This document shows, one piece after another, positions 1 through 8,934 of a DNA stretch of 64,000 nt. Made by a program: the position numbers and the translations under genes. Numbering within the stretch: position 1 is the stretch's first letter; each line of letters starts with the position of its first letter. The stretch lies in sequence record MT782071.1, one strand, 5' to 3'. This stretch comes from Escherichia phage JN02. The notes beneath the pieces are model-generated. The model was given only the letters and a program-made list of their open reading frames with translations. It was not told the DNA's origin and searched no databases.

Positions 1-9
1 AATGTTTCC

Positions 10-2223
10 TTATTTGGCCGCTTCCACGGCCTTCATGAATTTAACGATTTGAGCGACCTGTTCTTTAGAAAGAGTACCACGTCGTCCCATGTATTCTGAC
101 ACAATATGATAATTGGTTTCAAATTCAATAACCATTTTATCATCGTTATCGTAAGCATTATCTTTAAGCTTATCGAAAATTTTAGCACACAATTCTAACT
201 TCCTGTTCAGGTCTGTATTAGTAGCACCTGCGAATCGATTCCATCCCCAGCGATTATTTACTGTTGAGAGTTTTGCAAAATCTTTACTGATTTCTTTGTT
301 CTTAGAGCTAAAATACTTACTAAGGAAGTTGAGCTCTTCATTACGAGTAATATGATTCAAATAAGGCTGTGCTCTACGACTTGGTGATACATACTCATCA
401 TAATCTACTTTATCGATTAGCATAATATAGTCGTTAATTGATTTTTCAAACAAACATTCTACTTCACCAAGTTTACGAACTTTCTTAGCAATCTGTGGGC
501 GAACTACAGTGAACTCTTTAATACCTGACAAATCAGCAATACGGGTCAAGAAACCAGAATCATAGTTCAACCAACCTTTATCTGCGTCAAGACATTCAGC
601 ATTAGAACGATTACGAACTATAGCATAACCTTGGATTTCATCAGCTTCACTCGCCGGAATAAAGAGATCTTCTGATACCCAAACATCGTTTTCGTTCTTA
701 AAGAACCGATGAGCACTCGGGGATTTAGGACGAGGCCCATTAGAACGAGTCTTGACTTCAATCCATGGCTTAACGATTTGTAAAAGCTCTGAAGTCTTGT
801 ACATGTTAATGTTATCGCCATCAAAGATAACTTTAAGGCGTTCCAGAAGTTTCATTGCATTTTCGTCTGTAGGGTCAACGAATAGTACGCTTTTACCAAA
901 ACCGCGTGGAACTTTACCGGTTAATTTAACCTCGTCTTTAGACATTTCAATTGAATTAAGAGCTCGCATTAATGGAACGCGTCCCTTAACGTCGTCAATA
1001 ACAATTTCAACGTTTTTAATGTTAATGCCAATCAGGCTGTTAATTGAAATGGTTGATGATGAGCTACCACTTTCACGAATACGACGAAGACGAGGGGATT
1101 CAACGATATCGTATACGATGCCAAGATTACACCACTCAGGTCCCATTTTAAAACGTTTGTACAACTCAGAATAAGTTAGCTGTTCTTTAGAGTATTTCAG
1201 TGATTCAATATTAGACCCAGCCTTTTCCATGTATTTGCGAGCGGTATAGCCAAGAGAATCAATTTCACGGAACACATGGCGTGGGTATTTACAATCAATC
1301 CATTTCTTAGAATCTTCAGCGAACAATTTAGCATCGATTTCTGCAACGCGTTTATGGATATTTGCTACTGTACGTTTATCAAATGACAGTGCTTCGCGAG
1401 ACGGGGCCACATCTAGTTCACCCATAGGGAATTTAATATAAGCTGTAGTGCATCGCGTCATCATCCATGTTTGTTCTTTAATAACACTTCCGATTGGATA
1501 TACAATACCACCATAAACAGCCATGATATTACCACGTTCACCCCATGGAGCTTCCTTGGCCAAATATACATCGTCAAATTCAGGAAAGTATTTGATATCT
1601 TTAACACCACGAACTTCTGCAATGTCACCTAGAGGACGCATAACATATGCAATTTCAGATGCGAACTTTTCAAAATCTTCTGGGTTAACAGGCACAACTA
1701 CTTCAACGCCGGTCCGGTCATCAGGACCCATCTTATCTACGAAGGTTGGCTTAATCTGTGGACCACTGTCATCTTGGTAGATTACGTAACCACGAACTTC
1801 ACCGTTGTGATAAGACGTAAGGTTAAACGTATCAGTATATGCTAATGGAGCTTTAGAGCCGAGTCCGAATCCACCAATGAAATCGTTACTCGATGTTTTA
1901 GTTGAAGCAAAATATGAGTTATAGATTCCTGGCTCTTCGTCATTACCTCGAATGGTGAAATCACTCATACCAGGACCAAAGTCTCGAACTACAAAACGTG
2001 GGTCTAAACGACCTGGAGCCTGAACAATAAACTTATCAGTGCAACCATTAAGAATTTGTCCATCGATACAGTTTGTGATTAATTCACGTACACAAGCCAA
2101 TTCTTTGTTTGTATAAAGGTCATTAGACAAAATCTTATAAACTTTGCTATTGCCTTGAATAGTAAATGCTGTGCTCTTACCGCCTGAACCAATAATCGTT
2201 TCTTTAGCCGTTTCAATAATCAT
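10..2223 (-). CDS. rIIA: rIIA protein (GHKL-type ATPase N-terminus)
   Basis: 737-aa ORF; N-terminus MIIETAKETIIGSGGKS...ELITNCIDGQ resembles T4 rIIA as recalled; sits at the end of the conserved rIIA-39-dexA-dda block. Confidence 0.85.
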   Translation of the reverse strand: MIIETAKETIIGSGGKSTAFTIQGNSKVYKILSNDLYTNKELACVRELITNCIDGQILNGCTDKFIVQAPGRLDPRFVVRDFGPGMSDFTIRGNDEEPGIYNSYFASTKTSSNDFIGGFGLGSKAPLAYTDTFNLTSYHNGEVRGYVIYQDDSGPQIKPTFVDKMGPDDRTGVEVVVPVNPEDFEKFASEIAYVMRPLGDIAEVRGVKDIKYFPEFDDVYLAKEAPWGERGNIMAVYGGIVYPIGSVIKEQTWMMTRCTTAYIKFPMGELDVAPSREALSFDKRTVANIHKRVAEIDAKLFAEDSKKWIDCKYPRHVFREIDSLGYTARKYMEKAGSNIESLKYSKEQLTYSELYKRFKMGPEWCNLGIVYDIVESPRLRRIRESGSSSSTISINSLIGINIKNVEIVIDDVKGRVPLMRALNSIEMSKDEVKLTGKVPRGFGKSVLFVDPTDENAMKLLERLKVIFDGDNINMYKTSELLQIVKPWIEVKTRSNGPRPKSPSAHRFFKNENDVWVSEDLFIPASEADEIQGYAIVRNRSNAECLDADKGWLNYDSGFLTRIADLSGIKEFTVVRPQIAKKVRKLGEVECLFEKSINDYIMLIDKVDYDEYVSPSRRAQPYLNHITRNEELNFLSKYFSSKNKEISKDFAKLSTVNNRWGWNRFAGATNTDLNRKLELCAKIFDKLKDNAYDNDDKMVIEFETNYHIVSEYMGRRGTLSKEQVAQIVKFMKAVEAAK

Positions 2224-2235
2224 ATTTTTCTCTCA

Positions 2236-2436
2236 TCACAAGTTACGTTTAAAAATTTCTGCTACTTCAAGAAGTTCTTCTTTAGTAGCTGTATCGGTTT
2301 GTATTTTATATCGAATTTCTTTAAAGCGTTCTTTAAAGGACTCTGCTGACTCGATATCAAAAAATCTTTGGATAAGCCGGAATTCCCGGAGCACTGCTTT
2401 ATCAAAAAGTTCCAAGTCCACGTTATATGTTCTCAT
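2236..2436 (-). CDS. hypothetical small protein (rIIA.1 position)
   Basis: 66-aa ORF tightly packed between rIIA and the next gene; no recognisable motif. Confidence 0.35.
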   Translation of the reverse strand: MRTYNVDLELFDKAVLREFRLIQRFFDIESAESFKERFKEIRYKIQTDTATKEELLEVAEIFKRNL

Positions 2437-2528
2437 AATATTCTCTTCAGTAGATTCCTAGGGCACTATTACTAAAGACCATATAATCTATCATCTTGTG
2501 TGTAATAGTGCCTCAGGCTATTCAGGAT

Positions 2529-3629
2529 TTACGCTGTGAAGATTTTATCCCACATCGCAACAACTGCATCTCGATTATACTTCTTCCATACTGCTTCAGC
2601 ACGTTTAACTCGAGCTTCGTACGTGTCAGTGAATTCTAATACAGCTTTTGTGTAAAGCGCAACTACTTCTTTCTTAGGAGTAGAGGAATCAATTTCTACA
2701 CGCACAGTATCTGGGTCGTATTCGAATGTCGCATGAGGATAATCCTTAAAAACTAACTGGATTACAGGGACACCTTTAGAGATGGCTTCAATAGAACTAT
2801 TCTCTACCGTACCTGTGTCAGGACACGTATTAATAAGTGCTTTAGCTGTTTTAAGACGTTCCATGATTTCACTGTGTGGAGCATCAATAATAACAGGATA
2901 TTTAGCTGGTGGTGCCCATTTACTAGGACAGTATCCTACACCATTTTCGCCTAGTGCTTTAATCGCTTCAAGAGCAACATCAGTGCGACGCATTTTAGTG
3001 TCATAACGTTGTGCACTAATAATCAAATCAGTCGCCGGAAGAACTTCAGGTTTTTCAGTCAAACAAATAACCGGATAATCTTCGGCTTCAAACAACGGAT
3101 TTGCTCGCCAATAATCATAATCAATTTTGTCAGTCAGACCTGAAGTCATATAACAATATTTGCGTTCAAATTCACGGAAGGCTTTAGTGGGAGCATAACT
3201 CTTACCACCATTCTTATGAATTTGAATAGTCTGATCCCAAATTTGAACAATGCCACGAGATACCGGTTCAAATGGTGTTGCCATAAAATTCTTATGAACT
3301 TTAGAGAGACCTGCGTCTTTAATTGCCTGAACGGTTAGTTTAGTCGGTTCCATAGTAACAACAAAATCGTATTCATGGATGCCGGCTAGTTCAACAATCT
3401 TACGAGCCATAGTATAACTCATACCTAGACTGAATTTAGTCAGATGTCCAACAGGGTGGTGTGTAACTTTCCAGTCACCAAACATGTCATTATCAAAACC
3501 GATATAATCAATATCAGCACCAATAGAAACTAAATATTTCAACACATTTAAATGTACTGCTTCAAGGCCACCTTGTACACGGTCAGGATTAAATGGGACT
3601 GCGCGAGATGGGATAAACATAACTTTCAT
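2529..3629 (-). CDS. GT-B fold glycosyltransferase (GT4-like), candidate DNA sugar transferase
   Basis: 366 aa; N-terminal MKVMFIPS...GGLE and C-terminal TGTVENSSIEAISKGVPVI resemble GT4 donor-binding motifs; occupies the T4 gene 60/mobA position. Confidence 0.6.
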   Translation of the reverse strand: MKVMFIPSRAVPFNPDRVQGGLEAVHLNVLKYLVSIGADIDYIGFDNDMFGDWKVTHHPVGHLTKFSLGMSYTMARKIVELAGIHEYDFVVTMEPTKLTVQAIKDAGLSKVHKNFMATPFEPVSRGIVQIWDQTIQIHKNGGKSYAPTKAFREFERKYCYMTSGLTDKIDYDYWRANPLFEAEDYPVICLTEKPEVLPATDLIISAQRYDTKMRRTDVALEAIKALGENGVGYCPSKWAPPAKYPVIIDAPHSEIMERLKTAKALINTCPDTGTVENSSIEAISKGVPVIQLVFKDYPHATFEYDPDTVRVEIDSSTPKKEVVALYTKAVLEFTDTYEARVKRAEAVWKKYNRDAVVAMWDKIFTA

Positions 3630-3655
3630 AATTAAGCCTTATTAAAATTAAAATG

Positions 3656-3673
3656 AAGCTCCCAAAGGAGCTT
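3656..3673 (-). terminator. stem-loop overlapping gene 39 stop, followed by U-rich tract on minus strand
   Basis: plus-strand agctcc-caaa-ggagct; minus-strand reads hairpin then TCATTTTAATTTT. Confidence 0.35.
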
Positions 3674-5489
3674 AGGACATCCATTCTTTACGAAGTTCTG
3701 AATCATCACCCAACAACATTTCAAAGAGTTCTTTCCAGTTTTCAGGAAGTTTAACTACGTCGTACACAGGGTTCTGAATCATTTCACGATATTCTGACTT
3801 TTCAAGGGAGCCTAATCCCTTGATGTATCGAATACTATGCTTAGGCAGTGTATCTTTAGCTTCTTCATACTCAGCTACAGTATAAAACCATTTTTGAGTT
3901 TTGCCAATTTGTGCAATAATTACAGGCGTTTTAACAAAGCGAATACGTCCTTGTTCAAACAATTCAGGCCAATTACTAAAGAAAGCAAGCAAAGCCGGGT
4001 AAATACTTCCAAGACCGTCATGATCGGCATCGGTCATAATTGCAATATTACGATAGTTCGTATTCTCTGCCTTTTCACCAAGAATAAGACCTGTGATAGC
4101 ACAGATATCAAAGAGCTCTTTGTTCTTCATCATATCAGCATATGACATACCCCAGCTATTCATCACCTTACCACGTAATGGGAATCCACCGTGTAGTTCA
4201 CGGTCACGAACATCAATGAGATAACCAATTGCAGAATCACCTTCTGTTAAGAATAATGTCGTATCTGCATCTTTACCGCATTGGTTAGCTTTAATGTGCT
4301 TATGAACCTTAGCTTTAGTTGCCTTTTTAGCTGCTTTAGTTTCTGCAGCCTTTTCTGCTGCCAATTTACGAGCTAATGCTGCTTCAACAATAGGCATAAT
4401 CAAGGCTTCGTTTTTAAGAAGGGCCTGAGCAATTTTCTTAGCATCTAATTGGATATGATTACGAATATCACCATACGTTGACGTTAAACGTTCTTTAGTC
4501 TGAGAATCAAAACGCATGTTGCTCATGTCTCTAATAAACATCAACATTGTGAGACATTCTTTAACACGAGCTTTAGTGACTTCAATACCCTTATATTTCT
4601 TTTTAATACCGGGCAAAAGATGTTCGCAGATATCATCCATTACACATTCAACATGATGACCACCATTTTTAGTATGGATGTTATTCACGTAAGTTAAATG
4701 ACGGAAGCCATCTGGTGATGTTGTGAATGCTATAGAGACTTTATCATTTTCTTGAATGATGTTATCTTCACCAAATTGTTTAGCAAATCGTTTAAAATTA
4801 CCATCGACCTTTTTACCATTAAATGTGAACTTGATATCAGGATAAACGACTGCCAATGTTTGAAGTCGGTCTAAAGTAATATCTAAATAAATTTGAGATA
4901 AATTATGCTCTTCAAACGAAGAGAAATCAGGAGTGAAGATTACTTTGGTGCCTTTACCTTTAGATTTCTTAGAAGACCATGATTTGTTTTCCATTCCATT
5001 TGAACAGTTAACAGTGATTTCATTTTCGCCATCTGACGTGATGCCTGTAAACAACGTAGAGAAGATATTAGTTAAACTACTCCCGACGCCGTTCATACCA
5101 CCAGTCTTGCGTTCAGAGTCATCACCAAAGTTACCACCGGCCTTTGGAATAGTCCAGGCTGCCACAGGACCAGGAATTTGTTCACCCGTTTGGTCGGTAA
5201 CTAAACCTTGTGGAATACCACGTCCGTTATCTTCCACCGAAACTTGATTATTTTTAATTTGAACATCAATTTTATTTGCAAACTTAAATGATGTACGAAT
5301 AGCTTCATCAACCGAGTTGTCAATAATCTCATCGATTAATTTAACCAGACCAGGAACATATTCAACTTGTTGATATTTACCAAACAAAAAACGCTCGTGG
5401 GCTTCTTTAGCAGAAGAACCAATATACATACCACTACGTTTCTTAATATGTTCTACATCTGACAATACCTTAATTTCATTTTTAATCAT
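3672..5489 (-). CDS. 39: DNA topoisomerase II large subunit, uninterrupted gp39+gp60 fusion
   Basis: 605 aa; GyrB-like N-terminus (MYIGSS...NSVDEA) and C-terminal Toprim (AIMTDADHDGLGSIYP) that in T4 lies in separate gene 60; continuous reading frame. Confidence 0.9.
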   Translation of the reverse strand: MIKNEIKVLSDVEHIKKRSGMYIGSSAKEAHERFLFGKYQQVEYVPGLVKLIDEIIDNSVDEAIRTSFKFANKIDVQIKNNQVSVEDNGRGIPQGLVTDQTGEQIPGPVAAWTIPKAGGNFGDDSERKTGGMNGVGSSLTNIFSTLFTGITSDGENEITVNCSNGMENKSWSSKKSKGKGTKVIFTPDFSSFEEHNLSQIYLDITLDRLQTLAVVYPDIKFTFNGKKVDGNFKRFAKQFGEDNIIQENDKVSIAFTTSPDGFRHLTYVNNIHTKNGGHHVECVMDDICEHLLPGIKKKYKGIEVTKARVKECLTMLMFIRDMSNMRFDSQTKERLTSTYGDIRNHIQLDAKKIAQALLKNEALIMPIVEAALARKLAAEKAAETKAAKKATKAKVHKHIKANQCGKDADTTLFLTEGDSAIGYLIDVRDRELHGGFPLRGKVMNSWGMSYADMMKNKELFDICAITGLILGEKAENTNYRNIAIMTDADHDGLGSIYPALLAFFSNWPELFEQGRIRFVKTPVIIAQIGKTQKWFYTVAEYEEAKDTLPKHSIRYIKGLGSLEKSEYREMIQNPVYDVVKLPENWKELFEMLLGDDSELRKEWMS

Positions 5490-5503
5490 GTTGTCTCCTC
5501 GTT

Positions 5504-5536
5504 ATGAAGGTATTCTATCATCCGAAATCTAAAGCA
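5504..5536 (-). promoter_or_regulatory. MotA-box middle promoter candidate upstream of gene 39
   Basis: minus strand reads TGCTTTA, 12 nt, TAGAAT about 15 nt before the RBS/ATG of gene 39; matches T4 middle promoter architecture. Confidence 0.45.
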
Positions 5537-5538
5537 AA

Positions 5539-5554
5539 AAGGGCCGAAGCCCTT
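5539..5554 (-). terminator. rho-independent terminator after goF-like gene
   Basis: minus strand: GGGC-TTCG-GCCC stem-loop followed by TTTTTGCTTT; overlaps the stop codon. Confidence 0.5.
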
Positions 5555-5978
5555 ATTTAAATTTAATTTTCTGAAGTGCATCAATTGCAGCCAAACGCCC
5601 TTGTTCACTTTTAACTGTAATGACCACATCGCCTGATACGATCACCGAACCATCAACAAATTCTATAGAGCCTTTTTTGAAATCTACAGCTGTATCCGGT
5701 TCCGGAACTTCTTCAAAGAATTTAAATTCTGCACCATAAAGCAGAATATCACCTTGCATACTATGAATAGTTCGGCCGTAATCGCCTACGGCTTCTACAG
5801 CAATAACCGAAACGCCGTAACCAATCATCTCTTCCACAATAAAATCTTTGGACAATAAAGTAGTATGCAGATTAGTATTAAGACGTTTACCAGTCGTATT
5901 AAGAAGTCTCAAGAAATTATCTTCTTGTCCTTTGATAATACGATATTTCTTACCAACTTCAAAACCTTTAAAAGCCAT
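5553..5978 (-). CDS. goF: GoF-like protein (mRNA metabolism modulator), assigned by position and size
   Basis: 141-aa ORF downstream of gene 39, same length as T4 GoF; sequence identity not verified. Confidence 0.4.
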   Translation of the reverse strand: MAFKGFEVGKKYRIIKGQEDNFLRLLNTTGKRLNTNLHTTLLSKDFIVEEMIGYGVSVIAVEAVGDYGRTIHSMQGDILLYGAEFKFFEEVPEPDTAVDFKKGSIEFVDGSVIVSGDVVITVKSEQGRLAAIDALQKIKFK

Positions 5979-5980
5979 AA

Positions 5981-6160
5981 TTAACCCTTCTTAAGTAAGT
6001 CGTAAAAACCACCGTTCACATGTTTAGGAGCAGAAACCCGACGAGTAGACAGACGATGACATTCAGGGCAAACATCGTTTTCTCGTTCAGAAATCCTTTT
6101 AATTTTTTCATATTCATGACCACAATCTTCAGATTGACATTTATAGTCGTATAACGGCAT
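5981..6160 (-). CDS. FmdB-family zinc-ribbon protein (59 aa), below the ORF-track cutoff
   Basis: translation MPLYDYKCQSEDCGHEYEK...CPECH has CxxxxC and CxxC pairs; AAGGAA RBS 6 nt upstream of ATG. Confidence 0.55.
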   Translation of the reverse strand: MPLYDYKCQSEDCGHEYEKIKRISERENDVCPECHRLSTRRVSAPKHVNGGFYDLLKKG

Positions 6161-6162
6161 TA

Positions 6163-6591
6163 TTATTCCTTAAAATGTGCTTTCAACATTTGATACAAAG
6201 ACCATGCCTGGTCGGTATTTTCGATAGTAATCGTCATCACCGGAAATTCAGACAATTCGTCAAGTTCACCAGAATCTTGCTCTTCAGACGCTTGATACGG
6301 ATTTCCAACTTCGTCAAAGAACTCTGCTTCATTCGTAGAGAGCCAGATAAAGTTTTCATCAAGGATATCACCACCTGTTGCGTATCCAACCGTGCCAGTA
6401 GATGTTAAAATTTTAGTAGGACGTCCGAGATGGTCAACATCTAAAATTTTAAAAGGTTCCATGCCAAGACGTCGTGCATAAATCCCATTATCAGTGTGGT
6501 CTTTAATAAACTCTTCTTGGGCCCGTTTATCTATAAATTGGTACCATGAGTTAACGCGGAATTTATTAGCCATTAGTAAGTTTCCTTCCAA
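6163..6591 (-). CDS. hypothetical protein
   Basis: 142-aa ORF, tightly packed, co-directional. Confidence 0.4.
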   Translation of the reverse strand: MEGNLLMANKFRVNSWYQFIDKRAQEEFIKDHTDNGIYARRLGMEPFKILDVDHLGRPTKILTSTGTVGYATGGDILDENFIWLSTNEAEFFDEVGNPYQASEEQDSGELDELSEFPVMTITIENTDQAWSLYQMLKAHFKE

Positions 6592-6845
6592 TAAGTTGTA
6601 CCATTTTCAGTGATTTCACGGAAGATGCCATAGATAGGCATTTCGTCACCGAGTTTTTCGTAAACGTAAACCACTTCGGTGTAGCATAAAAATTCGGTCC
6701 AGTTTTTCTGTACAACAACTAAATCAGGATTAAACAGAACATCTTCAAACTCATCGATGTTTGAATCAGTAGTTACGTTTTTAATGATTTGACGTTTCAT
6801 AATATTCTCCTCTTGTTTTGATAGGTCTATAGTATCATAGACCAT
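6573..6845 (-). CDS. hypothetical protein
   Basis: 90-aa ORF; promoter-like element immediately upstream (6818..6848). Confidence 0.35.
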   Translation of the reverse strand: MVYDTIDLSKQEENIMKRQIIKNVTTDSNIDEFEDVLFNPDLVVVQKNWTEFLCYTEVVYVYEKLGDEMPIYGIFREITENGTTYWKETY

Positions 6846-6857
6846 AGTTGTTGTACA

Positions 6858-7382
6858 TCATTTTAGCAAAATAAAATCAACTTGTTCTGCCAATGAACGT
6901 CTAAACATTAATTGACAACTTCCGAGGATGAAATCAGGTGCTTCATAGACCGCGATGTAGTATCCTTTAGCTTTCAAGAGTTCAACATCCACCTGGTCAT
7001 CAAACCATGCATAAACCGCGTCAACACTTTCAAATCCAAAATAGAACCCTTTAGCCCAATCTTCACTCAATTCAAATGTGTGCTCAATTCTATAGTATCT
7101 TAAGATATTTTGTTCAAGGAGTTTGTCTTCATTTACTGTAGGACGATTAGGGACATTATAGTTGTCGCCGTGATGGTAGAAGTTACCTGAGAGTATTCCA
7201 TGCTTATCAAGGAACTCCCATGTTTCTTCAGAGTTGTCGGTGCCCGACCAACCGTACGGCGAACGAGGTTCTTTATTCCAAGAGGTTTCCCAAATTCTGA
7301 CGGCTTTACCGTCTTCGATAGCAATTCCTGGTAATGATTCACGTTGAGTACAAAAACTACGTTCTACGCGGTAAACTAACAT
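6858..7382 (-). CDS. hypothetical protein
   Basis: 174-aa ORF with GGAGAA RBS; early promoter cassette upstream. Confidence 0.4.
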   Translation of the reverse strand: MLVYRVERSFCTQRESLPGIAIEDGKAVRIWETSWNKEPRSPYGWSGTDNSEETWEFLDKHGILSGNFYHHGDNYNVPNRPTVNEDKLLEQNILRYYRIEHTFELSEDWAKGFYFGFESVDAVYAWFDDQVDVELLKAKGYYIAVYEAPDFILGSCQLMFRRSLAEQVDFILLK

Positions 7383-7389
7383 ATTATTC

Positions 7390-7437
7390 TCCTCTGGTTG
7401 ATATGGTTATAATATCAAAACCAGAGGAGAAGTAAAC
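7390..7437 (-). promoter_or_regulatory. early sigma70-type promoter with inverted repeat (PeSL-like cassette)
   Basis: minus strand GTTTAC -35, 17-nt spacer, TATTAT -10; inverted repeat cctctggtt/aaccagagg with proximal arm covering the RBS. Confidence 0.5.
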
Positions 7438-7441
7438 AACT

Positions 7442-7861
7442 TTATGCGAAAGCAGCCGGGCTATATTTTTTAATTTGGAATTCAGGAACTACCATGAACT
7501 GTCCAGCGAAAACGATGTTATAAAGCTTAACACCATCTTCTACCCAACGGTCGCTAATAAATCCAGCGATTTGCTTAGTTTTCCACGGCGTTCCATCAGT
7601 TGCCGCAGCAATAGTGAATTCATGGTCTTTTTCAACAGAAACTGATCTGCATAGTCCCCATTTGAACGCTTTTTCTTCTGGTTCAATGAATTGGCTTGAG
7701 ACGTAGCCAATATTACCATTAGCATCACGAACTTTAACTTGGTTACGGCCAAAAACCGGATCACTCACAGAAAGAACTTCAACCAACTTCCCGGCAACTT
7801 TAGAGCGAGAAGCAACAGATACATATACGTAATCACCTGTAGAGAGATTTACAATATTCAT
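7442..7861 (-). CDS. hypothetical protein, member of tandem paralog triplet
   Basis: 139 aa; shares C-terminal motif DRWVEDGVKLYNIVFAGQFMVV with the two upstream ORFs. Confidence 0.45.
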   Translation of the reverse strand: MNIVNLSTGDYVYVSVASRSKVAGKLVEVLSVSDPVFGRNQVKVRDANGNIGYVSSQFIEPEEKAFKWGLCRSVSVEKDHEFTIAAATDGTPWKTKQIAGFISDRWVEDGVKLYNIVFAGQFMVVPEFQIKKYSPAAFA

Positions 7862-7870
7862 AATAATTCC

Positions 7871-8398
7871 TTAAGCTTTACGAGGAGACACATAGCGAGT
7901 GATTTCAGATTCTTTAACAACTCGGAAGTCACCTAAGAATACGATATTGTATAACTTTTCACCATCTTCAACCCATTGGTCACTAATGAAGCCACACATA
8001 ATATCAGTTTTGCTTGGATATCCGTATTCGTCGATGTAATCAAATTCTTTATCGGTCTGGAATTCAACGCCTTTGCAAAGGGCCCATTTAAACTGTGTAG
8101 TAGGCTCAACGATATCGTTTGAAGCAAATTGGACTCGTATATGTTTTTCAAGGAATTTAGGACTTACGTAAGCATACTGGGCATCTTGTCCGCCAAAACT
8201 AGGAATGATTCGAACTTTAACTTCTTTAATACGTCCCATGCCATTTGTGCGAAGTCCGACAACTTCAACCAGACGACCTGCGGCTTTAGACCGGGATGCA
8301 GTTGATACACGTTTAATTTCACCAATAGTAATCATAATTTTTCTCTCTTTGTTTAAGTTGAATTCATTATACTCCATCCATCCTTGGATGTACAACAT
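7871..8398 (-). CDS. hypothetical protein, member of tandem paralog triplet
   Basis: 175 aa; motif DQWVEDGEKLYNIVFLGDFRVV. Confidence 0.45.
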   Translation of the reverse strand: MLYIQGWMEYNEFNLNKERKIMITIGEIKRVSTASRSKAAGRLVEVVGLRTNGMGRIKEVKVRIIPSFGGQDAQYAYVSPKFLEKHIRVQFASNDIVEPTTQFKWALCKGVEFQTDKEFDYIDEYGYPSKTDIMCGFISDQWVEDGEKLYNIVFLGDFRVVKESEITRYVSPRKA

Positions 8399-8934
8399 TA
8401 ATTTAGAATATTAACTACTGCACTACGTGGAACCACACTAAAGTCACCGGCATGAACAACGTTCAGAAGTTCAACCCCGTCTTCAATCCACTGGTCAGTT
8501 ACCCAGCCACTTACCGGTCCAGCGAATGGTCGACGAATTGAAACTGCTTTACACAACAAGTCTGTAGGCTCAATAGGCTTAATCAGAGTACCGTACATAC
8601 AAGCGATATCCATATCAAAGTGGAGACCATCTTTAACAGGTGCTTCTTCAATCAACAGTTCAAAGTCGGTGCTTGGAAGGGCGGTAGTAGAAATTGTACC
8701 GTATGAATTTTTAATTTCTAAGAATAACCAAGGGCCTTCAACTTGTTTGATGAAGTTAACAATAGTGAAACTATTACCTTGAGTGGCACCTAAAATTTCA
8801 CAAAACTTTTCATAAGCTCGCACTGAAGCACCGTACCAGTTGATTTGTTTTTCGTCTTTCAGGATGTAAGTAGCCGTAGTATTGATATTCATAATGTTTT
8901 CCTGTTTGGTTAAGATAGAAAGATTATACTCCAA
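8398..8934 (-). CDS. hypothetical protein, member of tandem paralog triplet
   Basis: 178 aa; motif DQWIEDGVELLNVVHAGDFSVV. Confidence 0.45.
   Translation of the reverse strand: MEYNLSILTKQENIMNINTTATYILKDEKQINWYGASVRAYEKFCEILGATQGNSFTIVNFIKQVEGPWLFLEIKNSYGTISTTALPSTDFELLIEEAPVKDGLHFDMDIACMYGTLIKPIEPTDLLCKAVSIRRPFAGPVSGWVTDQWIEDGVELLNVVHAGDFSVVPRSAVVNILN

Noticed and set aside
7133-7764. Short minus-strand ORFs nested inside larger genes (for example 7133..7342, 7540..7764, 7933..8151, 15004..15189, 33946..34176, 34649..34843, 50585..50812, 52649..52846, 53904..54104, 57971..58171, 63112..63303, 63608..63826)
   Set aside because: Alternative frames entirely within longer ORFs that have homology or synteny support
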